From Phaeosaccion multiseriatum (lineage: Eukaryota > Protista > Ochrophyta, other classes): a stretch of DNA of 64,000 bases. Below the pieces are notes generated by a model that was not told where the DNA came from, ran no database searches, and saw nothing but the letters and a program-made list of their open reading frames with translations. The stretch is taken from NCBI GenBank assembly GCA_965112735.1, contig OZ218957.1, forward strand, positions 1,426,001 through 1,490,000, read 5' to 3'. Made by a program: the position numbers and the translations under genes. The first letter of the stretch is position 1. Every line of letters starts with the position of its first letter. Positions 23,862 to 34,500 of the stretch are shown piece after piece.

Positions 23862-26101
23862 TGTATAGCAGGGGTTGCGGCAGTAGGGGCAGAGGTGGTC
23901 GTTGCGGTTGGGGTACGTGCTCATGACTCCCAATGCGCAGTGGTTGTGCACGTGATGTTCGTCTTCGTGCATGGCGACTTGTGCTTGGCCAGTGAGCGGT
24001 TCCATACACACCGGGCAGTTGGGTAGCTCCTCGTTGTTGGTGGGGTCGCCTCCTCCTTCTGCTTCGTCACCTCCTCCCTCTGCTTGCCCTTCCCCTCCTT
24101 CTGCCGCTGCTTCCCGTGCCAGTGCTGGGCGCTCTCCTCCGCCTCTGCTGTTTTCGCCCTCTCCCCCCCCTGCTACTACTCTTCCGTCGCGGTCTCCTCG
24201 TCCCCCTCCCCTGTGTCCCGCTCGCTCTCCTCTCCCTTCTCCCTCCGGGTCGTGCTCCCGTGTAGTGTCTGTCCTACCTGCTCTTGTCGGTGGGGGCATG
24301 CTGCGAGCTCGTGGTGGGATGGTTGACGATGCCGGGAGGTGTGCTGCTTCGTATGCTCGTATGCATGTGTGGCATATGGGCTGCCGTAGGCCTGCTTGCG
24401 GGAAGCTTCTGAGGAGGGATCTGCCGGAGTTTCTGTGGGCCAGGTTGCCGCATCCACGTATACAGTCACGTAGCTGATACGTTCTGTTCTGTGGTCCGCT
24501 CTGTGGGCCGTTGGCGCGGTACCACAGGATTGACGCGGCCTGGGGGTGGTGTTCGCGCATCCATCGTTCCCACTCTCGGCCGCGGTTGGGGTGGTGGCTC
24601 AACTGGTGCCTGTTGAGGCGGTCTCTGGACCTGCCGACCGTGACGAAGGTGTCATTGCACTGTTCGAAGTTGCAGAGGACTCCCGTGGCGATGTAGTTGT
24701 TGTCAATGTTCCTGCGGTACGCTGTGGTGTTGTTGTGGGTGTCGTCCGTCTGTGGCGTGGTTGTGTCACTTTGGGTGGGGGGTGTTGGCGGTCCTGGTGC
24801 GGTTCCCCGGGGGGCCTGCCTCGTGCGTAAGGCGAGGGCTTGCCCCGGCGCCCACCACGGTGTGGCCATGGTGTTGGCGAAGGGGGAGGTGGTGGTGTTG
24901 TTGGTGTGGTCGCGTAGGGCGTGGCCGTAGCGCTCAACGATGGCTTGGACGTCGGGTAATACCGCGATGAGTTCCTCCTGTCGTGAGGCGGTGATGTAGT
25001 CGTTGACCAACTCGTTGGAGGTGATCTCTTGGCCTGCGAGCGTGTGGGCATAGGCCTCTACGATCTGTTGCCATCCATGGGGGTAATCTCCTCCCCCTTG
25101 TGGTGTTCGGGGGGGGGGGGGGGGGCCTCCGCTCCTTAGAGCTTGTCTGAGGAGGGGCATATAGAAGTGCGAGTTGGTAGGCGGGAGCGCCGCGTCGCGC
25201 TGGTGGCGTATGGTGTTGCTCCATGTCGTTGGTGCGTGTCCATGCGTGTCTGTTTCGAGTGATGCTGTCTCTTCCTCGTGCGTCGTGGGGGGTGGTCGTA
25301 CGAGGTCGGCGATGGCCTCGGCCGTGTTGTGGTGGGTCAGTTCCGTCGCGGTGAGGTTTAGGCTTGCGAACTCAGCGCTGATGCGTCGGCTGGCGGATGC
25401 TGGCGCTTGTTCGTTGAAGAAGAGGTTCGGGTGTTGCCGTATGGGGGTCGTGGCTGTGAGGTGGGTGTCTTCGTATTCGTCTTGGAGGATGGAGACGATT
25501 TGCTCTGTGATCCCGTGTGCGTTTCTGTGAGTTGACGCGTTGGTGGTTTGGGCTGGATCTGAGGCTCGGAAAGTGGCGGTTGGCCTTTCCGGGCTGCGTG
25601 CTCGGGGGGTCCTGCTTCGTCCCCTTGGCCTCGTGGTTGGCTGCATGGGTGCTGGGCTGGTCGCTGTGGGGGGTGGTGCTGTTGTAGGGCCTGTTGTCTC
25701 GCTGGCGGGCGTGGTAGATCTCCTGGCGGCTGGTGCTGTTTGTTGCCGTGTCGTTGAGATCGGTTGTGGTTGCTGCTGCTGGGGGTGGGCTTCCGCTGCT
25801 GTTGCTGTGGGTTCCGTGAGTGCTGGTGGGAGCTGTGGGTCCTGCGGGAGGGTGTTGCGGGGTGCTGCGGCCGCTGGTGGAGCCGTGATGGGGGTGGGCA
25901 CGCCTTCCCGTGCTGGTGTTTGGCGAATTGCTGCTGCCGCTGCCCGTCTCTCCCTTCTTTCGAGCCGCTGCTGATCGCGGCTCATAGGTGGCTCCTGCTG
26001 GGTTGCTGTGAGGTTTGCTGGTGTCTCCTGGGCTCCGGGGGGCCGCGTGGCCCCCCTGTCGTCCCCTTCCATGGTGGCCCTGTCTTAAGCAGAAAAAAAG
26101 A
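23862..26101 (-). mobile_element. CRE-like retrotransposon copy 2b (6-nt 3' tip fused to the 5' third of a variant subfamily)
   Basis: Begins with the element 3' tip TGTATA, jumps to the equivalent of 17198 and runs to the same 5' end as copy 1 (CTTAAGCAGAAAAAAAGA). Its C2H2 region is divergent from copy 1. Confidence 0.85.
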
Positions 26102-26109
26102 TGGGGTGT

Positions 26110-26294
26110 CACGACCCGGAGGGAGAAGGGAGAGGAGAGCGAGCGGGACACAGGGGAGGGGGACGAGGAGACCGCGACGGAAGAGTAGTAGCAGGGGGGG
26201 GAGAGGGCGAAAACAGCAGAGGCGGAGGAGAGCGCCCAGCACTGGCACGGGAAGCAGCGGCAGAAGGAGGGGAAGGGCAAGCAGAGGGAGGAGG
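26110..26294 (+). mobile_element. 185-bp inverted fragment of copy 2b at its 5' junction
   Basis: Reverse complement of 24070-24254 carrying 2b-specific bases; overlaps the target copy AGGGTGTGAGA (26292-26302). Confidence 0.9.
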
Positions 26295-26383
26295 GTGTGA
26301 GAAGCATCGGGTCCAAGGAAGATTATGCACTAGGCATGGAGCTGTGAGGACACGTAAGAGGTGTACTGTGGAGGGGTGTGAGA

Positions 26384-27379
26384 TGTATATTAGAGCTTAT
26401 GGGCTCAGTATTGGAGCGCTCGTCTCGATTGCAATGCACTTCAGGGTTGAAGTCCCGGGCAGAAAACTGCCCAGGTAGTGAATGCGCTTGCGCTCTTCGG
26501 CGGCGGCTGCTGCGTGGCCTGGCGTGGTGGAGGCCCGTCCCACGTGGGTGGGGGCGGTGGGGTTGGTGACGGTGATGTCGCAGAGGAGGTTTCTCCGCAG
26601 GGGTGCGTCCGCTCCCGGGAAGCTACCTGCGGGATAGGTCAGATCCATGCGTAGGTCGCGGCCTGCGCGGGTGCCCGTGGGGCCGTCGAAGCAGGTCTGG
26701 TCCTCTACACGTGCTCCTCCAATGCCCACGCTGTGCATCATCCTCCCGAAGGCCTTGACGAGGAGGTGGTGTGTGTGGTTGTGGAGGCCGGTGCGGGGGC
26801 AGATGGTGGCGTGGGTGGTGCTTGCCGTGCGGGCGCAGCCTGTGCCGAGGCAGGGTGGGGGCGGGTCCGCGTATGGCGTGTTGACACCGAGGTTGCGACG
26901 AAGGGCCATGGTCCATTCTGCGGGGGCCATGGTGTTGTGGCCGTGGGGGAGCGCTCCGAGGAAGGCCATGGCGCCCCTTCCTCGCTGTGAGTGGAGTCGG
27001 GCTGTTGCCATTTCCTGTGTCTCCTCTCCCCTCTGTGCCTCTGCCGGTGTGACGTCGATGGTGGCGATGCTCTGCGTCAGCTCCTCATGGCGGCGTTTGT
27101 GGATGAAGGTGGTGAGGGCCTTCTGGACGCCGTGGGTCGGTTGACGGCCTGCCTGATGGCTCCTGCGCACGTTGCGTCGCGCTGTGTCTTGGGCTTGGTG
27201 GTCAGGCGGCTCGAGTACGCGTGAGCGGGCCTCGTCGAACTGTGCCTGACCCACTGCTTGGATGAGGGGGGCCTCAGGGACCCCCTCCTCGTGCAGGAGG
27301 TTGACGCTGTCGGCGACGCTCTTGAGGGCTCCGTTGGTGAACAGCTGGTCCGGTAGGGCGCTCTCTTGGGAGCCGTCCC
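26384..27379 (-). mobile_element. CRE-like retrotransposon copy 3, 5'-truncated and internally deleted
   Basis: Perfect 13-bp TSD GAGGGGTGTGAGA at 26371-26383 and 27380-27392. Retains the terminal ~38 nt, then lacks the 553 bp equivalent to 19651-20203. Confidence 0.93.
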
Positions 27380-28516
27380 GAGGGGTGTGAGAAGCAGCGG
27401 ATTCAAGGAGGATTGTGCACTAGGCATGGAGCTGTGGTCAAGACTTGTACTGTGGAGGGGTGTGAGAAGCATGCAAGAGGTGGATGTGATGGGATGTGTA
27501 CACGCCATGCTCGAATGAAAAGGGAGGGAGCGGAGCAAGCGGGGAAGATAACCCAGGGCACGCCTAAACCCAAGCGAGGAGCTGCCACCGACATCGACAC
27601 GAGAGGCAGGAAGAGGGCGAAGTTCGCCCCTTCAGTTGAGGGAGGGGAGAGGCAGCAGGAAGAGAAGGAAGCAGCGGAGGAGGATGGGGATGGAGTAGGC
27701 TTGCTTGCGAGGCTGGGGCTTCATGTCGGGGATGAGATTCAGCTTCCCAATGGCCTGTGGAGAGAGCTGGAAGATGCTGCTGCCGACGCTGCCATAGCCT
27801 GCTGGGGCCACCAGGATAGGCAGCTGTCGAATGGCGTGGTGGTGTCTGTGGGCCAGAGTAAGGTGTTGCTGCTGCCCCACTACGCTGTGCGCACGAAGAG
27901 GAAGGGGACCAGCCTGGAGAGTACGATTCGAGGCTTTGTGTCTGCCTACCAGCGCTATCGCTCAGGAGGAGGAGGGGGTGACGAGGATGACGAGAAGCAG
28001 CAGGACGAGTGGGAGGTGCTGGAGGAGGGCATGGTGGTGGCGAGTGAGAAGAAGAGGCGGGGACGGAAGGCGCTGCGAGCGTGCGTGCGTGTGGGGGGAG
28101 TGGCAGGGGCTTGTGCTGGTGCTGATACCTCGGGACTGGGGATGTAGTGACGCGAAGCCGTCCGCCTCATCGCCTGCCAATCTTCGCCGCGGTGAAGCTT
28201 GGCTTGCACCATCGTACCATGAGCGAGTCGTAAGAGCAATTTGTTTATGACTCGCACCAGCTTATTGTAAGTAATGTACAAAAGGAAATTTACGGAAAGA
28301 AGAGTGGAAGAAATGCCTTTTGATGGTGTCGACCCCCAGAGGGCGACCGAGGAAACGGAATCGTGCAGAGCAAGAGGGGCAATTTTTTTAGAAGATGTGA
28401 TTGTACAGTGGGGTGTGGATTGGGTTTAGCATTTGGAAGGGGGGTGAGAGGAGCTTGGGGGAGAATGAGAGAACCACCGCTGTACCGAAGGGAACCACCA
28501 GAGACAGGATGAAGTC

Positions 28517-28768
28517 GGCCCTGGAAGAGGTTACAGTATTCGCCGACCATAATCAGTAATCAGGCCGGCTGGCGCCAATAATCAGTAATCAGGCCGGCTA
28601 GCGCCCGTCATAATCAGTAATCAGGCCGGCTGGCGCCGGTCATAATCAGTAATCAGACCCGGCTGGCGCCGGCCATAATCAGTAATCAGGCCCGGCTGGC
28701 GCCATAATCAGTAATCAGGCCGGCCGTAATCAACAGTAATCAGTAATCTGATAACCTCTGCCAGGGCC
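28517..28768. mobile_element. MITE-like element: 17-bp terminal inverted repeats enclosing ~30-bp tandem repeats
   Basis: GGCCCTGGAAGAGGTTA (28517-28533) versus TAACCTCTGCCAGGGCC (28752-28768), one mismatch; about six internal ATAATCAGTAATCAGGCCGGCTGGCGCC units; a related copy lies at 56360-56487. Confidence 0.75.
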
Positions 28769-28951
28769 ATGAAGGGATTTTCCAATTTCAGTTTCAACTA
28801 TGTGATATGAATGGATCGATTTCTTACGGTTTCAGGAAAGTCGAGGAAAGGCAGCTTCTTTTTTCTTCCCCTTCCACTCTCTCTTTCCTTATGAGACGCT
28901 TCCTGGGCGAAAAGAGTAGGAGGTAGAAGGAGGCCGAGTGCGCCGTCCACA

Positions 28952-29647
28952 ATGTATAGGTCGAGGGTAGGGATCGACGCTCAACGCCAAGGGACGCTGA
29001 AGGACAAGGCGCTGAAAAGGCAAAAGGCCGAGCACCGGGCGCGTCTCGAGACGATTAAAAGTAGACAAAATGGTTCTGGCGTGGATAATAGTATGCCCAA
29101 GAGTAAGGGCATGCTCCATATGCAGAAGAGATGGAAGACCCAGGCCATCAAGAAGCAGCGGAGTGCGGACATTGAAGCCGATAATCTGAGGCTGCTGGGG
29201 ACCATGACCAAGGTGAGGAAGAGGGAGGGAGCGAGGGAGGGTGGGTGGAGGAGGGAGGAGGCTCTCTGGGAATATATGACGCCTACCTGTGAAAGCAAAC
29301 GAATGTCTGAGAAGCGAGAGAGAGTTCACGTGTCCCCGTTTTCATTTTGGTCTCTCCGACCTTCCCGTCCGCAGATAATGACGTCGCCTTCAGACCTCGC
29401 TCCCGTGGCGACATGGACAGCGAAGAGCCTCAATAGGTAAAGGTACAGAATGGGATAACTCTGCCTTCCCCTACGACTGCTTCTTTGCTGAATCTTTTGC
29501 TGTCTCTCTCTCTTCTCTCTCTGTCTCTCTTTCACTCGCTCTCGCCCTCTCCCTCTGTCGGTCTCTCTCTTCTGTCTCTCTCGTACTTTCTTTCTCATTC
29601 TCTCATTCTTCTGCTACCCGCTCCCGGCGGCTCTCCCTCTCCTGCTC

Positions 29648-29694
<47 letters not shown>

Positions 29695-30248
29695 CTACAC
29701 GCACACTTACACACAAACAGTATTCTACGGCGAAGAGAGCTGGAGCGAATAGATATGGAGAATCGCATCCTGTTGGAAGGACTCTGCCATACCAAGGGCT
29801 TTTACCACTGCGAGGAGTGGAGGAAGGACAGGGAGCGCAACGAGCAAGTGATTCGACGGCTCCGAATGGTCAAGCACGAGCCCAGTGAGACGTGCGTGGC
29901 AGCGGTGAGCAGGAAGGGCATGAGGGACTTAAGGAAGGAGATGGAGAGGAAGGACAGCAAGGCACTCATCAAGGCCATGGGCTGCTTTGCTGAGGGAGAT
30001 GACTCTGACAGGAGCGGCAGTAGCAGCAGGGGCAGCAGCAGGGGAAGCGGCAGGAGTGGGGCCGGCAGCATGAAGGGAAGCAGCGAGTGGAAGCTGAGAG
30101 AGAGTGCAGGAACCGCTCCAGAAGCAGGAAGAGGAGGAAAGGGTCGGCGTAGTAGACCAGAGCAGAGCGACGGTGGTGGGTCAGGTTCGAAGGCGAGTGG
30201 GAGGGCTACTGCCGGAGAGGCTCGACCAGGGGAGAGGGGGCGGCGGCC

Positions 30249-30292
<44 letters not shown>

Positions 30293-30921
30293 GGAAGGGG
30301 AAGAAAGAGGAGAAGGAGAAGGAGAAAGAGAAGAGTGAGGAGAAGGAGAAGGAAGAAGGGGCAGACGAGGGGGACGAGTATAGTGACGACGAGGACGAGG
30401 CTGGCGAGGAGGAGGAGCAGGATGAGTATGAGGAGAGTTTTGAAGGCTCTACGAAGGAGGAGCACGTGACGCGGAAAGAAGGCGGGGGGGAGGAGAGAAA
30501 AGGACAGGGGAAAGGGGACGAGAAGGACAACGCTGATGATGAGTACGGGCAAGAGGATTCCTTTGAGGAGGACACAGAAAGCAAGGGCGTGGCGCAGAAG
30601 GAACAGGGGCAGGAGGCGGGAGGCGGGGACGAGGAGGACGATGAGTATAGCATGGGTAGTTTGGATAGCAGCGAGGATGAGGAGACAGCAGCGGCCAAGG
30701 TGGTGGCCGGGCAACTGGCGAGTGGCAGCACGGAGCGGGGGAGACAGAAGCCCCTCGCACCGCCGTCGGCGCTCGCCAAGGAGAAGGGCACCAAGGGCGC
30801 TAAGGGCAAGGGCAAGGAGGGGGGTGGAGGTGGTGGAGCATCATCATCGTCCATAGAGGAGAATGATGGAGGCTCCCAGTACGATGCGGACTTTGATATT
30901 GACGAGGACTCTGCCGCGTAG
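28952..30921 (+). CDS. CFAP97/Hemingway (KIAA1430) domain protein with acidic tail; exons 28952-29212, 29375-29436, 29721-30921
   Basis: HRARL...VDNSMPK...IEADNLRLLGTMTKI...KSLNSILRRRELERIDMENRILL...Y...EWRKD matches the family pattern; canonical introns keep the frame. Confidence 0.85.
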
Positions 30922-31592
30922 TGAGGCAGTCTTGGCTTTTTGCTTTCAGTTTAGGAGTAGGATAGGATTATGGCTCGTTCACTTTTGCCCTACTCCCATT
31001 TTTTTATTTTTTTTTTTGTTACTCAGATGGATAGGCTGGATGCTCGCGTCTTTTCACTTATCCTTTTCTTCGTTGCTTTCCCGCCGCGTGCGTGCTCTCG
31101 CTGCTCCACGGCAGCAACCTCAGAGCTCTCCCCCAAATGCTCTCATGTAGCGTAGCTCAGAGCCAGCCTTTTTCTTTTTTGTGAGAAACTGAAAAAACCC
31201 GGGGGGCGAGCCTTTAACGCTTTGGAATTGGGTCCTGGCCCCAATTCTACAAATGTAATGCGAGGAGATTCAGGCCACTCCCTGTACTTGAGAGAGAGAC
31301 GCGCTAAACTGCTGTTGTCGGTGTATTAGCATCCCAGCGAGAGCAGTCTCGCCCGATTGGGGAGTAGCAACAGCACAAGCAAGGGCGCTGGAAGAAAAGG
31401 GGCTGCAGCAGAGCAAGCCACGCCACGTCGAGGCATTCAAAAATAGACACAAGGCAGCGCCAGCTCTGAGAGTCAAAGGGGCAAGCGCTGCAGCCCAGCG
31501 AGCTACCGAGCAAGGCGAGCAGCGGAGCTGCAGAGAGGGCCAAGGTCGGTGCTGACGGGGGGGGGTCTCACTACTCTCAATCAGAAGCAAAT

Positions 31593-34500
31593 ATGAGCTC
31601 CAGGGCCAGGAGGGCTGCGAGTGGGAAGAGAAAGGGCACCGCAGATGGCCTCAAGAAGGGCGACGCCCCCGCACCCGGCCGCCGATCGGAGAGGTCTCTG
31701 GAGACTCTGAGCGCGAGCCTGCTGGAGCTCTGCAGAGGTCTGCAGCAGGGGCAGCTCATCCCTCTGGAAGAGGCCGGCAGGCAGCTGCAGATCGAGCGGA
31801 GGCGGCTGTGCGACATTCTCCACATCCTGGAAACCATTGCCCTGGTGAAGCGCGAGGGCAAGACCTGCAAGTACTTTTGGAACGGGTACGAGTTTCTCTT
31901 GCCCGTCCTTGTCGTGCTGCAGCAAGGTGCCATCGCGCGCTACCCAAGTAAGGCCAAGGCATCATGTGTGGCCAAGGCTATGCGCGAGCAGATGGACCAG
32001 ATACAGGCCAGCCCCCTGCCCCAGCGCCGTTACCTGACCGACGTGCTCAAGCAAGCCAGCTGGGAGAGTCCCTCCGTACGTTTCGTGCTGAAGGAACAGA
32101 CGGCCGAGGACATCGCTGCCTATGACACACGCCCACCGCACGAGCGACCGCAAGAGCAGCAGCAGCAGCACCAGCAGCAACATCAGCAGCAGCAGCTGCT
32201 GCTGCAGAAACAGAAGAAGCAGCAGCGCTCCAAAGCCGCACGCTCCTCCTCCTCCTCCTCCTCCTCCTCCTCCTCCTCCTCACGCGGAGGTTACGCACCA
32301 GGCGCCGACCCTTTCCCTGGAGCCAGCGTGGAGAAGCCTCTGGGTGCGCTCTGTCGCGAGCTGCTGGAAGTGTTTCTTGTACACGGGCACCACTCCATGA
32401 GCGTCAAAGATGTGGCCGCTGCCCTCTGTGGCTTTGAGGGGGAGGACACAACCGACGACTTCGTCGTCGGCGGCGGCGGCGGCGGCGGCGGCGGAGGAGG
32501 AGGAGGAGGAGGAGGAGGAGGAGGAGGGGACGGGGGGCGCCGACTGAGCAAGCAGCAGGAGGAGGAGAAGGAGGCGTCTATGAAGGCCAAGCTGCGGCGC
32601 CTGTATGACGTCATCAACGTGCTCACCACGGCAAAGCTCGTGGTCAAAGACTTCCAGGTACGATGCAGTAGGGGGTACGATAGGGGGCATACGGTATGGC
32701 CAAAGAAAGGGGGGTGGAAAGAACCGCTGACCATGGTCATGGTCATGTCATTCGGTAGGCCGACTTGGAGACACTCGGGCACGTCCACTTTTGAAGTCTC
32801 TCGGATTTCATCTCAGTCACTCTGACTGACTCGTTACTCGCTGAAAACTCTCCATATCTTGCCGAATGCAAACGCTCCTTCCTTCCTTCCTTCCTTCCTT
32901 CCTTCCTTTTTTTCTTTCTTTCTTTTTTTCTTCCAGGGAAACTCGCGCACCAAGTTGCTCTTCTCGTGGAACCCTTTGCTCAACATGTTTCAGTTACCTA
33001 CCAAGGTCATGGCCCAGTGCAACGACGCGAGTAACAACACGTCCACTTTGGTTGCCAGCCTCTTCGCGACCCCCGGAGGAGGGCCTCCCCCGGCAGCGAC
33101 CACGCGTCTTCCTTCTCTTGCTGCTGCTGCTGATGCTGCTGCTGATGCTGCTGCTGGAGCCGCTGGTGTTGGTGCTGCAGCCACGCCCAGGAGACATGTA
33201 GCAGGTCTCAAAGACTCGGCCTCCTCTTCTTCTTCTTCTTCCTCCTCCTACGCTCGCGGACGCGTGGTCGGGCGAGCAGGGGCTGCTGAGCGCCGTCCGC
33301 AGAAGGGCACAACAGCCAAAAGGAAGCAGCCGTCCCGGCAGCAGACCAAGAAGAAGAAGAAGAAGAAGAAGGCGATGAAGTACTATGACAGCGACGAAGA
33401 TGAAGAGGAGAGCACCAGCAACTACAGCGACAGCGACAGCGACAGCAGCTACAGCGAAGACGATCGCCGCCACAACAAGAAGCACGCCTCTTCCTCTTTG
33501 TCCTCCCCCTCCTCCGCCTACACGAGCAACCCCATGCCCGAAGAGGAGGAGAGGGAGGAGCCGCCCAACCATTCCCTGCAGGACCTCTCCTTCCTCTACA
33601 ACGCGAGGAGGAGGACCACTGACGCGCCAATGCACGCCTCCCACCGAGGACAGGGCCCGAGGGGCGCGCGGGGAGCAGCCTACCCCGGGGGATACCCAGG
33701 GGGAGCAGCCTACCCAGGGGGGGAAGCCTACCCAGGGGGAGCAGTCTACGCAGGGGGGGAGCACCCCCTGTTCGACTCTGCAGGGCATGAGTTGGCGCTG
33801 CCGTCCACTTCCTGTGGTCCGCTCATGTCCACCGCCAGAGAGTGGGCGATGATGGGCGGGGCGGCGGCGGCGGAGGGGGGGGGGCGTACGATGGCACCGT
33901 CGGCGCTCTTTGGGCAGCGCGTCGCGAGCAGCATGCAGCAGCAGTTGGTGATACAGCAGCAACAGTCGATGGTGCAGTCGCGCTTCGATGAGCAGCAGCA
34001 GGAGGAGGACGAGGCGGATAACGATGACGACGACGACGACGACGACGAGGAGGAGGAGGAGGAGGAGGAGGAGGAGGAGGAGGGACCTCGCGGCAAGCGG
34101 CGCAGGACCGGCGCCGGACCCTTCCCAAGGGGCATTAGGACTGCGGGTCCTCACGGGCAGCATGCTGTGTCCCCATCACCCACCGGCGAGGTGCGTCACC
34201 AGCTGTTGCTGCCTCATCACCAGCCTCGTGATCATCCTCGTCATCATCATCATCAACAACAGCAGCAGCAGGAGCAGCAGCCTCAGCATCAGCTGTTCCA
34301 CTCTGCCAGCGACGTGCCCACCCTCCACCCTCACCACGGCCATCCCATGGCTGACTCTCAAGCCCATGCTCAAGTAAGAGGGGGGCGTCGCGAACAGGCA
34401 GAAGGGGCAGGGGCATTGTTTGGGGCAGGGGCAGGGCCAGGGGGGGGTGTGACCCTTATCAGGGACCTTGAGGTACCCGAGCCGGTCACAGATGGTGACG

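Larger units (their letters stand above)
12670..28147 (+). pseudogene. Host gene with five tandem C-x4-C-x9/11-C-x2-H (WRKY19-like) zinc-finger repeats, interrupted by retrotransposon insertions
   Basis: Removing the elements joins 12670-12694, 19441-19611, 26292-26383 and 27380-28147 into ...EG(C)..KHSQQGGLCSGHG / CTVEGCEKQSHQGGLCRRHG / CTVEGCEKHRVQGRLCTRHG / CTVEGCEKQRIQGGLCTRHG / CTVEGCEKHARGGCDGMCTRHA plus a C-terminal tail ending at 28147. The 5' part is degenerate and no start was found. Confidence 0.85.

Noticed and set aside
13500-26000. Many plus-strand ORFs over the retrotransposons
   Set aside because: Antisense shadows of GC-rich coding sequence with no recognisable motifs.
28548-28757. 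CRISPR-like array, or the terminus of a large element carrying the finger gene
   Set aside because: The units are contiguous with no unique spacers and the context is eukaryotic. Inverted repeats close the array on both sides, so it is a small self-contained element.
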